DNA from: an uncultured Ignavibacteriaceae bacterium | GTDB lineage: Bacteria > Bacteroidota > Ignavibacteria > UBA10030 | Direction of reading: 5' to 3' | Assembly (NCBI GenBank): GCA_964581115.1 | Contig: CAZOMY010000010.1 | Location: 8,764-72,763 of the forward strand | Length of the DNA: 64,000 bases | Shown: positions 19,767-28,914 of the stretch, piece after piece | Numbering within the stretch: the stretch's first letter is position 1 | Layout of the letters: each line of letters starts with the position of its first letter | Notes under the pieces: generated by a model | The model's input: only the letters and a program-made list of their open reading frames with translations | What the model was told of the DNA's origin: nothing | The model's database searches: none | Position numbers and translations under genes: made by a program

Positions 19767-21566
19767 TCAATACGTCAATCCGAAACCGAATGGGAACAAC
19801 GGATCGGCTTTCGCGTCGCCGATATTGATCGGGATCTGGCCCATCGAGCGGGGCCATGAATGGGGCAGCTTTCCGTTCGGCGCGACCACACCGAACAGGA
19901 CGTCCGTCACCCCTGCCCCCTCGGAACCCGGGAGCCATGCCGCCACCAACGCGCTGCATTTTGGGAGGATCTCGTCGACGATCAACGGACGCCCCGACAG
20001 CAACACCACCACCGTCGGCACGCCGGTCGCATGAACGGCATCGATCACGGCGAGGTCTCGGGAATGCAGGCGAAGGTCGCTTCGGTCTCCGAACATCTCG
20101 GCGTACGGCTCTTCGCCCACAACGACGATAGCAACATCGGCACTGTCGGCCCCCTTGCCGTCGGCCGAGTACGTCACGGTGGCGCCAAGGCCGACGCTTT
20201 GCTCGACGGCGTGCAGGATGGTCGTGCCGCCGGTCAGCCGGCGTCCCTCTCTACCCTGCCAGTCGATGGTCCATCCGCCGCACTGTCGTGCCATGTCATC
20301 GGCGGCACTGCCGGCCACGTGGATCTTTCCGGTCAGCTTCGAAAGCGGGAGGACCTTGTTCGCGTTCTTCAGCACGACGACCGACTTCTGGACGGCCGTG
20401 CGGGCCACGCGACGATGCGCTTTCGAACCCACGGACTCCAGACCCGCCTCCGTCGGCGCCTTCCGGTCGACAAGACCCATCTCCATTTTGACCGTCAGGA
20501 TGCGGCGGACGGCGTCGTCGATGCGCGACATCGGAACGGCACCTTTTTTGACGAGCTTCGTCAGTTCCGTGACAAACTCGATATAGTTGTTCGGTTTGTC
20601 AGGTCCATTCGGGATCATCACCATGTCGATTCCCGCGTTGATCGAGGAGGCGATCTGTTCGGGGTACGTGCCGGGAAGCTGATCGATGGCGGCCCAATCC
20701 GACACGATGAAACCCGAGAATCTCAGCTCGCCCTTCAACACGTCGGTCATGAGGTACCGATGGCCGTGCAGCTTCGAGCCGTTCCAGCTGCTGTACGACG
20801 CCATGATCGAACGGGCTCCAGCCTTGATGGCATCGATGTATCCTGGAAGATGGATCTTCCGCAGGGTGGCCTCGTCCATCTCGGTGTTCCCCTGGTCTTT
20901 GCCTCCTGTCGTCCCGCCGTCGCCGACATAATGCTTTACGCAGGCAAGCGCCGATGTCGGCGCTGCAAGATCGGCGCCTTGCATGCCTCGGACATACGCA
21001 GCTCCCAGTTGCCGTACGAGTTCTGGGTCCTCTCCGAAACTCTCGTACGTCCGGCCCCACCGCTCATCTCGTGCCACCGCGACGCAGGGGGCAAAATCCC
21101 AATTGATGCCGGTGGCCAACATCTCGGCGGCCGTCACGCGGGCGACCGCTTCCACGATGCCAGCATCGCGCGTCGCACCCAGGCCCACATTGTGCGGCAT
21201 GATCACGGCATCCGTCAGATTGTTGTGGCCGTGGACGGCATCAACGCCAAGCACAAGCGGGATCTGCAGCCGGGTCTTCGAGGCCAGCGCCTGCAATTCT
21301 CCCGAGACGCGGAGCCAATGGGCGGCCGAAACCTCCGGTAGCTCGGTATTGCCCCCCCAGAGAACAGAACCGAGCGCATACGTCGTGACGTCCTCAAACC
21401 GCCCCTTGAGGGCATCGTAGTCGGCCTGCGTCATCTGGCCGACCTTCTCTTCCAGCGTCATGCGCTTCAGAAGTTCATCGACGCGCTGCGGGACCGATTG
21501 CGCGAGCGTGAGGCTGGATGTGCACGCGGCCATCAGAAAGGTCCGGCGAAGGATTCGATCGATCAT
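19767..21566 (-). CDS. GH3 beta-glucan glucohydrolase (exo-1,3/1,4-beta-glucanase type)
   Basis: EEKVGQMTQ, DAVHGHNN, RWGRTYESFGE, KHYVGDGGT, IVSDW, CGGWTIDWQG, GEEPYAE, LFPFGFGL. Start MIDRILRR at 21566 with signal peptide. Confidence 0.92.
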   Translation of the reverse strand: MIDRILRRTFLMAACTSSLTLAQSVPQRVDELLKRMTLEEKVGQMTQADYDALKGRFEDVTTYALGSVLWGGNTELPEVSAAHWLRVSGELQALASKTRLQIPLVLGVDAVHGHNNLTDAVIMPHNVGLGATRDAGIVEAVARVTAAEMLATGINWDFAPCVAVARDERWGRTYESFGEDPELVRQLGAAYVRGMQGADLAAPTSALACVKHYVGDGGTTGGKDQGNTEMDEATLRKIHLPGYIDAIKAGARSIMASYSSWNGSKLHGHRYLMTDVLKGELRFSGFIVSDWAAIDQLPGTYPEQIASSINAGIDMVMIPNGPDKPNNYIEFVTELTKLVKKGAVPMSRIDDAVRRILTVKMEMGLVDRKAPTEAGLESVGSKAHRRVARTAVQKSVVVLKNANKVLPLSKLTGKIHVAGSAADDMARQCGGWTIDWQGREGRRLTGGTTILHAVEQSVGLGATVTYSADGKGADSADVAIVVVGEEPYAEMFGDRSDLRLHSRDLAVIDAVHATGVPTVVVLLSGRPLIVDEILPKCSALVAAWLPGSEGAGVTDVLFGVVAPNGKLPHSWPRSMGQIPINIGDAKADPLFPFGFGLTY

Positions 21567-21657
21567 GTGTGGCTCCGATTCGCTGATGACATCCGTAGAC
21601 CCGGGTCGACCGTCAGGACGCCGGGAACCATGCGATAGTACTTCGGTCGTTCCGGCG

Positions 21658-22677
21658 TCAGAACTGCACGCCGAGGGTGATCTTCTGAACGCTGGCCAGG
21701 CGCGCAAAGTCCTGGTACGCGTAATCAAGGCTTAACCGCACATTGCCGATGACATACTGACGGACACCCAGGCCGAGCGCCAGGCCTTCCTCCGAGTCGG
21801 CAAGGAAGAGGGTCTTGTATCCTCCGCGTACATACAGCACGTCGTTGAACTGGAACTCGCCTCCGACATTCACGCTCTCGAAATCGTCGCTGGGGTGCTG
21901 TGCGTCGGCCGCGAGCGTCAGATGGCCCACCTCGCCCATCGGCAGGTCGTAGGCCAAGCCGACGCGAAAGTTGAGAGGAAGCTCCCATTCCTCCGTGGCC
22001 AACTGGGCGGGGATACGGCCGTTGTTGCCCGAACCCGACGGGTCCGGGTCATAGAGCACCAGCGCGTTGTTCCCCTGCATCTGTATCTTCGTCCCGAAGT
22101 TGGAGATCGACATGCCGAGCGTGAACCCTTCGAACGGCGTGCGGTATTTGACGCCAAGGTCGATGGCGAAGGCCGTCGCGCTCATCTTCCAGATCTTCTG
22201 GTGGACGAACTTCGGCGTGAACCCGATGGCGAATGCGTCCGTCAACTTGATGCCGTACGACAATCCCACGGCCAGGTCGGAGACCCCGAACACCTCTCCC
22301 GTCCCCTCCTGACGCTCGACGGTCGTCACCGCCATGTCGCCGATGTTCGACATCGTCACGCTGAAACCGACAACCCCGATCGGTCCGGCCGAGACCGTCG
22401 CACCGACGTAGTTGTAGGTGATATCGGCGATCCACGAAGTATTGTCGACCAGGAATCCAATGCCCTCGAGATCTGCAAGGCCGGCGGGGTTCCAGTAGAG
22501 GGCCGACGGGTCATTGACCACGGCCACGAACGCCCCGCCCATGGCCATGCCGCGGGCTCCCTGCGCGATCGAGAGGAAGGTCGCGGCGGTCGTGCCGCGC
22601 TTCGAGACATTCTGCCCCACGACGGTCGTGCCGACGGCGATGAGGCCCAAGAGCAATCCGAGAACGATCCGTTTCAT
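21658..22677 (-). CDS. PorV/PorQ-like outer membrane beta-barrel
   Basis: Signal peptide; GTTAATFLSIAQGARGMAMGGAFVAVVNDPSALYWNPAGLA N-terminal motif; alternating beta-strands; ends in aromatic GVQF. Confidence 0.85.
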   Translation of the reverse strand: MKRIVLGLLLGLIAVGTTVVGQNVSKRGTTAATFLSIAQGARGMAMGGAFVAVVNDPSALYWNPAGLADLEGIGFLVDNTSWIADITYNYVGATVSAGPIGVVGFSVTMSNIGDMAVTTVERQEGTGEVFGVSDLAVGLSYGIKLTDAFAIGFTPKFVHQKIWKMSATAFAIDLGVKYRTPFEGFTLGMSISNFGTKIQMQGNNALVLYDPDPSGSGNNGRIPAQLATEEWELPLNFRVGLAYDLPMGEVGHLTLAADAQHPSDDFESVNVGGEFQFNDVLYVRGGYKTLFLADSEEGLALGLGVRQYVIGNVRLSLDYAYQDFARLASVQKITLGVQF

Positions 22678-22684
22678 GTTCGCC

Positions 22685-25600
22685 TCACTTCACGATCGCG
22701 AATTTACCGACATGCTCGCCGACTCCGGGGGCTTCGACGTGGTAGATGTACAGACCGTAGGCGACCTCCATCCCGTCGTCGGAGATGAGGTTCCAGGGCA
22801 ACGATCCATCCATCGGCGACGAGTTTTTTCGAAGCGTCGCGACGAGTCCGCCGCTCACGGTGTAGATGCGCACCGTACATTGGGCCGGGAGGTTCTTGAA
22901 CTCGATCTTGCGTTCGCCCCGCCCCGTCACATACAACGTACGCCGCTCCCACGACGCGGTTGCGATGTAAGGGTTCGGCACGACCGCGATCCGGTCAAGG
23001 CCGTTTTTGGCGCCCTCAAGGTCGGTCCGCGAGCCGCGCGTCGTGAACTGGAACTCGTCTCCCGTCAGGAAAGGCCGGAGCGTCTTGATGAGATACCGGT
23101 CGTCCGGTTGAGGATAAAGCGTGTCGGCTCCGAACGGCCGGCCGTACGTCAGCTTCCACGTGAACTTGAAGTTCGACGGACTGACGAATTGCTCCAGCAC
23201 CCGGATCGTGTCTCCAATGCTCAACGTGTTTGAACCGTCGATGTCGTGCACGATGAATTTCGACCGCCCGCCCGTCCACAGGTTGGTGACGGTGAAATTG
23301 ACCGGCATCAGGGGATACTTCGACGCTGGTGCATTCAACGCCGTCGTGTCGACCACATGGTCGAACCACTTGATCTCGTAATCGGTCGGCCATGCCACGG
23401 CCCGCGAGGTCACCGTCATGTCGCGCGCCACGCGCATGAACAGGTTGCTGCGGCCGACCACCCATCCGGTCGCGGAGTCATTCAGCACCACGGCGGTGTC
23501 ATTGGCCACCGACAGCACCATTCCGTCGAACGGCGGCGAGAACCGTCCGGCCCCGATGTTGGCACTATCCAGGCCCCGATACAGCGTGTCCGTCACCGTT
23601 CCGGTCGTTCGGAACAGATCATACGATCGTGTTCGGTAGGCAGGAACGGTCGAATCGGCCTTGAAGCGGACGGTATACCGAGCCCCGTCGATCACCTGGC
23701 TCGGGTCAAGGATGATCAGACCGAGCGAGCCAGTACCGAGGCCGGAGGTCACCCGTTGAAGATCCCCCTCTGCCGTCGGCGGCTGGTAGCCGGCGGCCGG
23801 TCCGTTGGGAGTCACGACCGCACAGTTGATATCGATGAACTTGAGCGAGCCGGCGAAATCCTCCGTGATGATCTTGGTGCACTCTGTCGGCTGCAGCCCT
23901 TTTGTGCCCCGGTTCGGATCACCGGTGTCATACGAGACGAGGGCATAGTAGTAGCGAACGCCGTTCAGGACGGTCGTGTCGATGTAGGAGTGGACGAGAC
24001 CGGTGTTGGAGCCCCGCCAGAAGCTCGCGCCGTTGATCCCCACAGGGTCAGGTCCCGCGATGCTGTCGACGATGTCCCACTGAGCGATCGGCTTCCAGTA
24101 CTTGCCGGATCCCTTGGAATCCGTGATGATCTTGATATCGTTGAATTCCGCCTCCGTACTCCGGTACAGAAGATACCCCTCGAAATCCCTCTTATAGCCC
24201 TTCGAAGGGTCGCTCGGATCCTGGAGACCCATGAAGCGGTCCACGGAGCGTTCCGCCGTGTTGTCCCAGTAGAGGAACACGCGGCCATTCCCCGGTACGG
24301 CGGTCAAGCGCGGCGTGAAGGGCGGCTTGGAGAAGTTGTAATTGGCGTTATAGATCTCCTGGACCGTTTCCTTGTTGAAGATCAGGTCATCGAGGTTCTC
24401 GCCGAGAGCGAGAGCCATGGAGAAGCGCTCCCGCCTCCCTTGCCGGAGCGGGAACGGCCCCGACGAAAAGGTCATGCTGATGTTCGTGTTGGCAATGGCC
24501 GTGTCACGGAATCCGCTGTTCATCTTCTGCCAGATGATCTCGTCATTCTTCGGCCAGCCGCCCGACGGTCCCTTGTCGGCCAACGCCCAGATCGCCGCCG
24601 AAGAGAGACCGATCTGGTCCGACTCATCCTTGTCCGTCTGATCGAAGTTCGGTTCGCCCGTCGTCGGAACGCCGTCTCCCTCCCCCGGATCCGGCCCGGA
24701 GTACTGCAGGTCGGTCGGACCGACGCCGTCCCGTCCCAGGTCGTCGTTCAGCGGCTCACCGGGATCCCATGTTCCGCTGGCATTCAGATCGGTGAAGGAC
24801 ACCCAGTCGTTGTCATTGTCAAGGAGGTCGTCGCGGCGTTCGTCGATCATGCCGTCTTCGTCGTCGTCGAGCCCGTTCAGGGCATTGCCGGGGCTCTCGA
24901 GGTAGGCGTAGCCGACGTAGCCCGTTTTCCAGTTGTCGGGCACCCCCATGCCGCTGGTATTCCATGCGTAGGCCAGGTCCAAGAGCGAGTTGTACCGTGC
25001 GCTGTTGCCTGATGCGCTCGGTCCGCCCACACCGGGGTCGGTGTAGAAGCCGAAGCAGGTCGAATCGTAGTCCCAATCGGAGATGTTGACGATGTCGTAG
25101 TGCCAGAAGATGATGTCCTCCGCCAGAACGTGCGACCACTGAAAGCCGCGCACTTCGACGCGGAATCCGAGACCTCCGCGGGCGGAATCGCCGGCGACCG
25201 GATAGTAGAGGAATGGCGGCCGCGTGAACTCACGGTCTTTCGAGTCGTCCATGACGAAGAAGGTCTCCAGGTCGGAGTTCGTCACGCCCCGTCCGAAGTA
25301 GCCGTACCAATGACCGTTCCATGATGGGTCAAGGCCAAGCGCCGACGGCCAGAACCGAGGGAACGTGGACGTGTCGCGGTTGACGGCCGGGGTGGGCGTG
25401 GGTCGACGGCTGGGGTTGTCGTATCCCGGCACCGGCTGCAAGACCCACTCCATGCCCGTAACCGGGTCTCGATCGACCTCCTCGCGGTATGCCGACAGAA
25501 TGGGAGAGATGATGTTCCCGTTGCCGGGAGCGATCGTGCGCGCACCGATGAGAACGGCGACGCCGTCCATGTACGAGTGATTCGTCCCCTTGGGCCACAC

Positions 25601-26131
25601 CACCGACGGCTGGAAATTCCATTTAGCCACTTCGCCGTGGTTGTAGAACAACGTCGAGATGAGGTTGCCGTTCATGACCCCCTCTCGACGGGCCGTCACA
25701 TCGCCCAGCCGGTCTGCGCGGTAGACGATCGTGCTCGGGTCGAGCACGACATCGCCAAAGGCCGTCACCCGCACCGGTCGCGGAACCGTCGAGGAATTGC
25801 TCGTGAACGTGACGGACGCGGTGTCCAGACCGGCTTTGCGCGGACGCCAGGTCATCGTCACCTGAAAGGAGTCTCCCGGCGCGATGACGGCGAGAGCGGG
25901 ACCGAGCTTGAGGGCGAAGTTCGATGAAGCCGCTGCGGAGATGGTCAGCAGACCCGAACCGGTATTCTTCACGAACAGCTGGGTCGAGGCGATCGGCTGA
26001 CCCACCCTCACGCTCCCGAGATGGAGGGAATCGGAGTTCGGCGTCAGGACGGGTTGTGCCACGGCGGACGTCGCGCCGGCAAGGAGGAGTGCGCACACAT
26101 GCGTTCGGATCACGGTCAGCTCCTGGACCAT
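22685..26131 (-). CDS. Large secreted protein of unknown function: Ig-like (ASH-type) domain, conserved core, acidic Ca-binding-like repeats, Fn3, atypical CTD
   Basis: Signal peptide (start ATG 26131 or GTG 26113, which has AGGAG); DSLHLGSV...LFVKNTGSGLLTI Ig domain; GNLISTLFYNHG core; DDDEDGMIDE/DNDND repeats; PRLTAVPGNGRVFLYW; C-terminal IAVVPNPY...IEFKNLP...IRIYTVSG-like...GLYIYHV...KFAIVK. Confidence 0.85.
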   Translation of the reverse strand: MVQELTVIRTHVCALLLAGATSAVAQPVLTPNSDSLHLGSVRVGQPIASTQLFVKNTGSGLLTISAAASSNFALKLGPALAVIAPGDSFQVTMTWRPRKAGLDTASVTFTSNSSTVPRPVRVTAFGDVVLDPSTIVYRADRLGDVTARREGVMNGNLISTLFYNHGEVAKWNFQPSVVWPKGTNHSYMDGVAVLIGARTIAPGNGNIISPILSAYREEVDRDPVTGMEWVLQPVPGYDNPSRRPTPTPAVNRDTSTFPRFWPSALGLDPSWNGHWYGYFGRGVTNSDLETFFVMDDSKDREFTRPPFLYYPVAGDSARGGLGFRVEVRGFQWSHVLAEDIIFWHYDIVNISDWDYDSTCFGFYTDPGVGGPSASGNSARYNSLLDLAYAWNTSGMGVPDNWKTGYVGYAYLESPGNALNGLDDDEDGMIDERRDDLLDNDNDWVSFTDLNASGTWDPGEPLNDDLGRDGVGPTDLQYSGPDPGEGDGVPTTGEPNFDQTDKDESDQIGLSSAAIWALADKGPSGGWPKNDEIIWQKMNSGFRDTAIANTNISMTFSSGPFPLRQGRRERFSMALALGENLDDLIFNKETVQEIYNANYNFSKPPFTPRLTAVPGNGRVFLYWDNTAERSVDRFMGLQDPSDPSKGYKRDFEGYLLYRSTEAEFNDIKIITDSKGSGKYWKPIAQWDIVDSIAGPDPVGINGASFWRGSNTGLVHSYIDTTVLNGVRYYYALVSYDTGDPNRGTKGLQPTECTKIITEDFAGSLKFIDINCAVVTPNGPAAGYQPPTAEGDLQRVTSGLGTGSLGLIILDPSQVIDGARYTVRFKADSTVPAYRTRSYDLFRTTGTVTDTLYRGLDSANIGAGRFSPPFDGMVLSVANDTAVVLNDSATGWVVGRSNLFMRVARDMTVTSRAVAWPTDYEIKWFDHVVDTTALNAPASKYPLMPVNFTVTNLWTGGRSKFIVHDIDGSNTLSIGDTIRVLEQFVSPSNFKFTWKLTYGRPFGADTLYPQPDDRYLIKTLRPFLTGDEFQFTTRGSRTDLEGAKNGLDRIAVVPNPYIATASWERRTLYVTGRGERKIEFKNLPAQCTVRIYTVSGGLVATLRKNSSPMDGSLPWNLISDDGMEVAYGLYIYHVEAPGVGEHVGKFAIVK

Positions 26132-26135
26132 CTTC

Positions 26136-28859
26136 TCAGAAATTCCACGTGACACCCAACCGTACCTGGCGCGGTGCCGAGAACGAGGCTGGGTTGTTGA
26201 CATACTCGTCGATCGTGTTCAGGCCGATGATCCGGCCTGCGAGGTACGTGTAAAGGTCGATATTCGCTCGTCCGCTGGCGGTATTGACGCCGTACTCGTT
26301 CTTCGTGTCGAGCAGGTTGTACACGAGCGCGAACACGGTGAGATCCACCGGGCCGAACGAGATGGTCTTTTCAGCCCGTAGGTCGACGTTGAAGGTCGTC
26401 GGTCGGGTGCCGCCGTTCTCGAAACGGAGGCCGTTCGACACGCGTACATCTTCGGTGTATGGGAAGCCATTCCCGTACTGTGCGATCAGGCCGACGTTCC
26501 AGTCGCCCGGGTCGCCCACCGTCACCGAGACGTTCAGCGTCGAACGCTGGTCCCAGTCGAGCGGCACGACCTTCTTGTTGGTTTCGGTGGGCGGATCGGT
26601 CTGGTTGTTGTAGTACACGGCATACGGGTCGGAAGCGTTCCCCTCGGCGATCTGATAGGTGTAATCGGCCCGTACACTGAAGCCGCCGATGAAACGCCGC
26701 TCGAGGCTCAGGATGAACCCCTTCACGTTCGCATAGTCTCGATTGATGAAACGCGAGAACCGGAAGCCTTCGTAGGTGCTCAGGATCTCCATCCCGAGCA
26801 GATTGCGGATGTCCCGATAGTAGATGGTGAAATCGAGACCCAACTGACCGAAGAGCACCTGCTGCAATCCGAGTTCGTACATCACCGTTCGCTGCGCTTC
26901 GAGGTCCGGATTGCCGAGAATGCTCGAAAGGTTGTCGCCCTGGTTGACGAGATAGTTGGAGTTCAGGTAGAGGTTCTCGAAACTCGGGATCTGGAAGAAG
27001 TGCCCATACGAGAAGTGGATGATCCCTTCGTCGGTGATCGGGAACGATACACCGAGCCGTGGACTCACCTGGACCTTCGGCGTCGTCTCTTTGACACGAC
27101 CGGCGTTCGGAAACTCCGGGTTCCCCGACGGGTTACGCAGGTCGAGTGGATACGACGCGTTCGGGTTGAAATAGTCCACCCTCACACCTGCATTGATGAT
27201 CATGATATCGAATTCGATCTTATCCTGCGCGTAGGCGGAGAATTCGTACGGCTCCTTGAAGTAGAGCGTGTGGCCCGACGTGCCGACATCCGGATAGCCG
27301 ATCTCAAAGAGGAGGGCCCCGGTACTGTCCGTCAGCACGGTGTTTCGGTTCAGGATCGTCTTCCAGTGGTTGTAGATCTCGTGCATGCGTCCCTCGATGC
27401 CGATACCGATCTTGTGGTGGGCATCGAGCTGGGACGAAAGCGACCACTGACCGATCCACGACCGGGTGTGACGGTCGTAGCGGTCGGAGGCCTGTCCGCC
27501 TGAACGGAAGGTGTAGTTCGAAATGGGCGTTCCCTGCGAGGGGTCGACATACCGGGGGTCGAACTCGTCCTCGTACACATAACCCTTGTAGTCGAACTGA
27601 TTGTACGATGCCTTGAAGGTCTGGTAGGTATTCGCCGTCGGAGAATGGGTGACCTGGAATGACGAGACCCAGTTCGTCCGGTAGTGGTTCATGATGCCGT
27701 CGGGCGTTCGGGAGAATCCATGATCATAGTACTTGTTCCAGTGGTCCTCCCACAGCAGACTCCCGCTGAACTTCAGATACCCCAGGCTGTACGAAAGCTT
27801 CCCGTTCGCCGTGGTGCGCTTCGTGGGATTCATCGGGACATACGCACCGTCTCCGGAGTGAGGGATGATATAGACCGGATCGCCGTTCGGCAACAGGATC
27901 GCATTGCCGATCGGGTCGCGCAGCTGGTACGGCGAACGGTCCGATGTTCGGAACACACGACGGCCGTACAAGTAGCCGTCGTCCTGGTATGCGCGCAGGC
28001 TGCCGAAGAACGAGAATCCGCCGGCGATCGGGCCGCTCAGGCTTCCCTGAATGTTGGCCGTCCGGAACGGATCGACCTGTATCAGGTTCATGTAGGTGGA
28101 ATGGTGCGACGTGATGTAGTCGCCCGCATACATCGACAGGGAGCCGTGGAAATCCGAGGCCCCCTCCTGTGTGACGATATTCACGACGCCCGACATTGCC
28201 TGGCCGTACTCCGCGTTGAAGGTGCCGCTGATGACCTCCATTTCGCGGATCGTCGTATTGTCGACCTCGACGCTCATGCGGCCGTTGAACGGGTCGACCA
28301 CCGAGACGCCGTCGATGAGGTACGCCACTTCGTTCGACCGACCGCCGCGGAAATGGCCGCCGACGACACCCGCCTGAATGTTGACCACCTGGCTCAGGTT
28401 CTCCGTCGGGATGCGCTTGAGGTCGTCCGCCGAGAGTGTCACAGAGCTCGACGTCAGGTCCTTCTGGACCAGCGGCCGCTCGGCTCGGACGATGACCTCC
28501 TGTCCTTCGATCGCTTCCGCCTGTAACTTGGCGTCGACGCGGGTGGTCTGGTCGATACGTACCTGCACATTCGTCACCGTCGTCCGGCGATAGCCGACGT
28601 AGCTCACCACCACTTGATACACCCCGGGAGGGATGTTGTTGATCGTGTAATGTCCGTCGACGTCGGTCGTCGTTCCCAGGGTCGTACCGACCAGCAGAAC
28701 ATTCGCACCGACGAGCGGCTCGCCCGTCGTGTCGTCGGTGATCGTGCCGGCGATCTTACCGGTCGTGCCGCCCAACACCAGGGCGGGTATCAGCAGGAGC
28801 ATCCACAGCAGACCGGCGGCGCGGCCGCCGCGCTCGAAGTGGCGTCGGAAGGGATTCAT
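26136..28859 (-). CDS. TonB-dependent receptor (carboxypeptidase-regulatory-like N-domain + plug + barrel), not SusC-type
   Basis: GTTGKIAGTITDDTTGEPLVGANV; plug HFRGGRSNEVAYLIDGVSV...MEVISGTFNAEYGQAMSGVVNIVT; barrel SPRLGVSFP...FSYGHFFQ; terminal PRQVRLGVTWNF. Confidence 0.93.
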   Translation of the reverse strand: MNPFRRHFERGGRAAGLLWMLLLIPALVLGGTTGKIAGTITDDTTGEPLVGANVLLVGTTLGTTTDVDGHYTINNIPPGVYQVVVSYVGYRRTTVTNVQVRIDQTTRVDAKLQAEAIEGQEVIVRAERPLVQKDLTSSSVTLSADDLKRIPTENLSQVVNIQAGVVGGHFRGGRSNEVAYLIDGVSVVDPFNGRMSVEVDNTTIREMEVISGTFNAEYGQAMSGVVNIVTQEGASDFHGSLSMYAGDYITSHHSTYMNLIQVDPFRTANIQGSLSGPIAGGFSFFGSLRAYQDDGYLYGRRVFRTSDRSPYQLRDPIGNAILLPNGDPVYIIPHSGDGAYVPMNPTKRTTANGKLSYSLGYLKFSGSLLWEDHWNKYYDHGFSRTPDGIMNHYRTNWVSSFQVTHSPTANTYQTFKASYNQFDYKGYVYEDEFDPRYVDPSQGTPISNYTFRSGGQASDRYDRHTRSWIGQWSLSSQLDAHHKIGIGIEGRMHEIYNHWKTILNRNTVLTDSTGALLFEIGYPDVGTSGHTLYFKEPYEFSAYAQDKIEFDIMIINAGVRVDYFNPNASYPLDLRNPSGNPEFPNAGRVKETTPKVQVSPRLGVSFPITDEGIIHFSYGHFFQIPSFENLYLNSNYLVNQGDNLSSILGNPDLEAQRTVMYELGLQQVLFGQLGLDFTIYYRDIRNLLGMEILSTYEGFRFSRFINRDYANVKGFILSLERRFIGGFSVRADYTYQIAEGNASDPYAVYYNNQTDPPTETNKKVVPLDWDQRSTLNVSVTVGDPGDWNVGLIAQYGNGFPYTEDVRVSNGLRFENGGTRPTTFNVDLRAEKTISFGPVDLTVFALVYNLLDTKNEYGVNTASGRANIDLYTYLAGRIIGLNTIDEYVNNPASFSAPRQVRLGVTWNF

Positions 28860-28870
28860 AGGATCGGCGG

Positions 28871-28906
28871 AGAAAAGAAAGGGGCGCACCGGGGTGCGCC
28901 CCTTTC
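28871..28906 (-). terminator. Intra-operon intrinsic terminator/attenuator
   Basis: 14-bp perfect inverted repeat GAAAGGGGCGCACC-NN-GGTGCGCCCCTTTC followed on the minus strand by TTTTCT; 8 nt after the stop at 28915. Confidence 0.75.
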
Positions 28907-28914
28907 CGGGTTGG

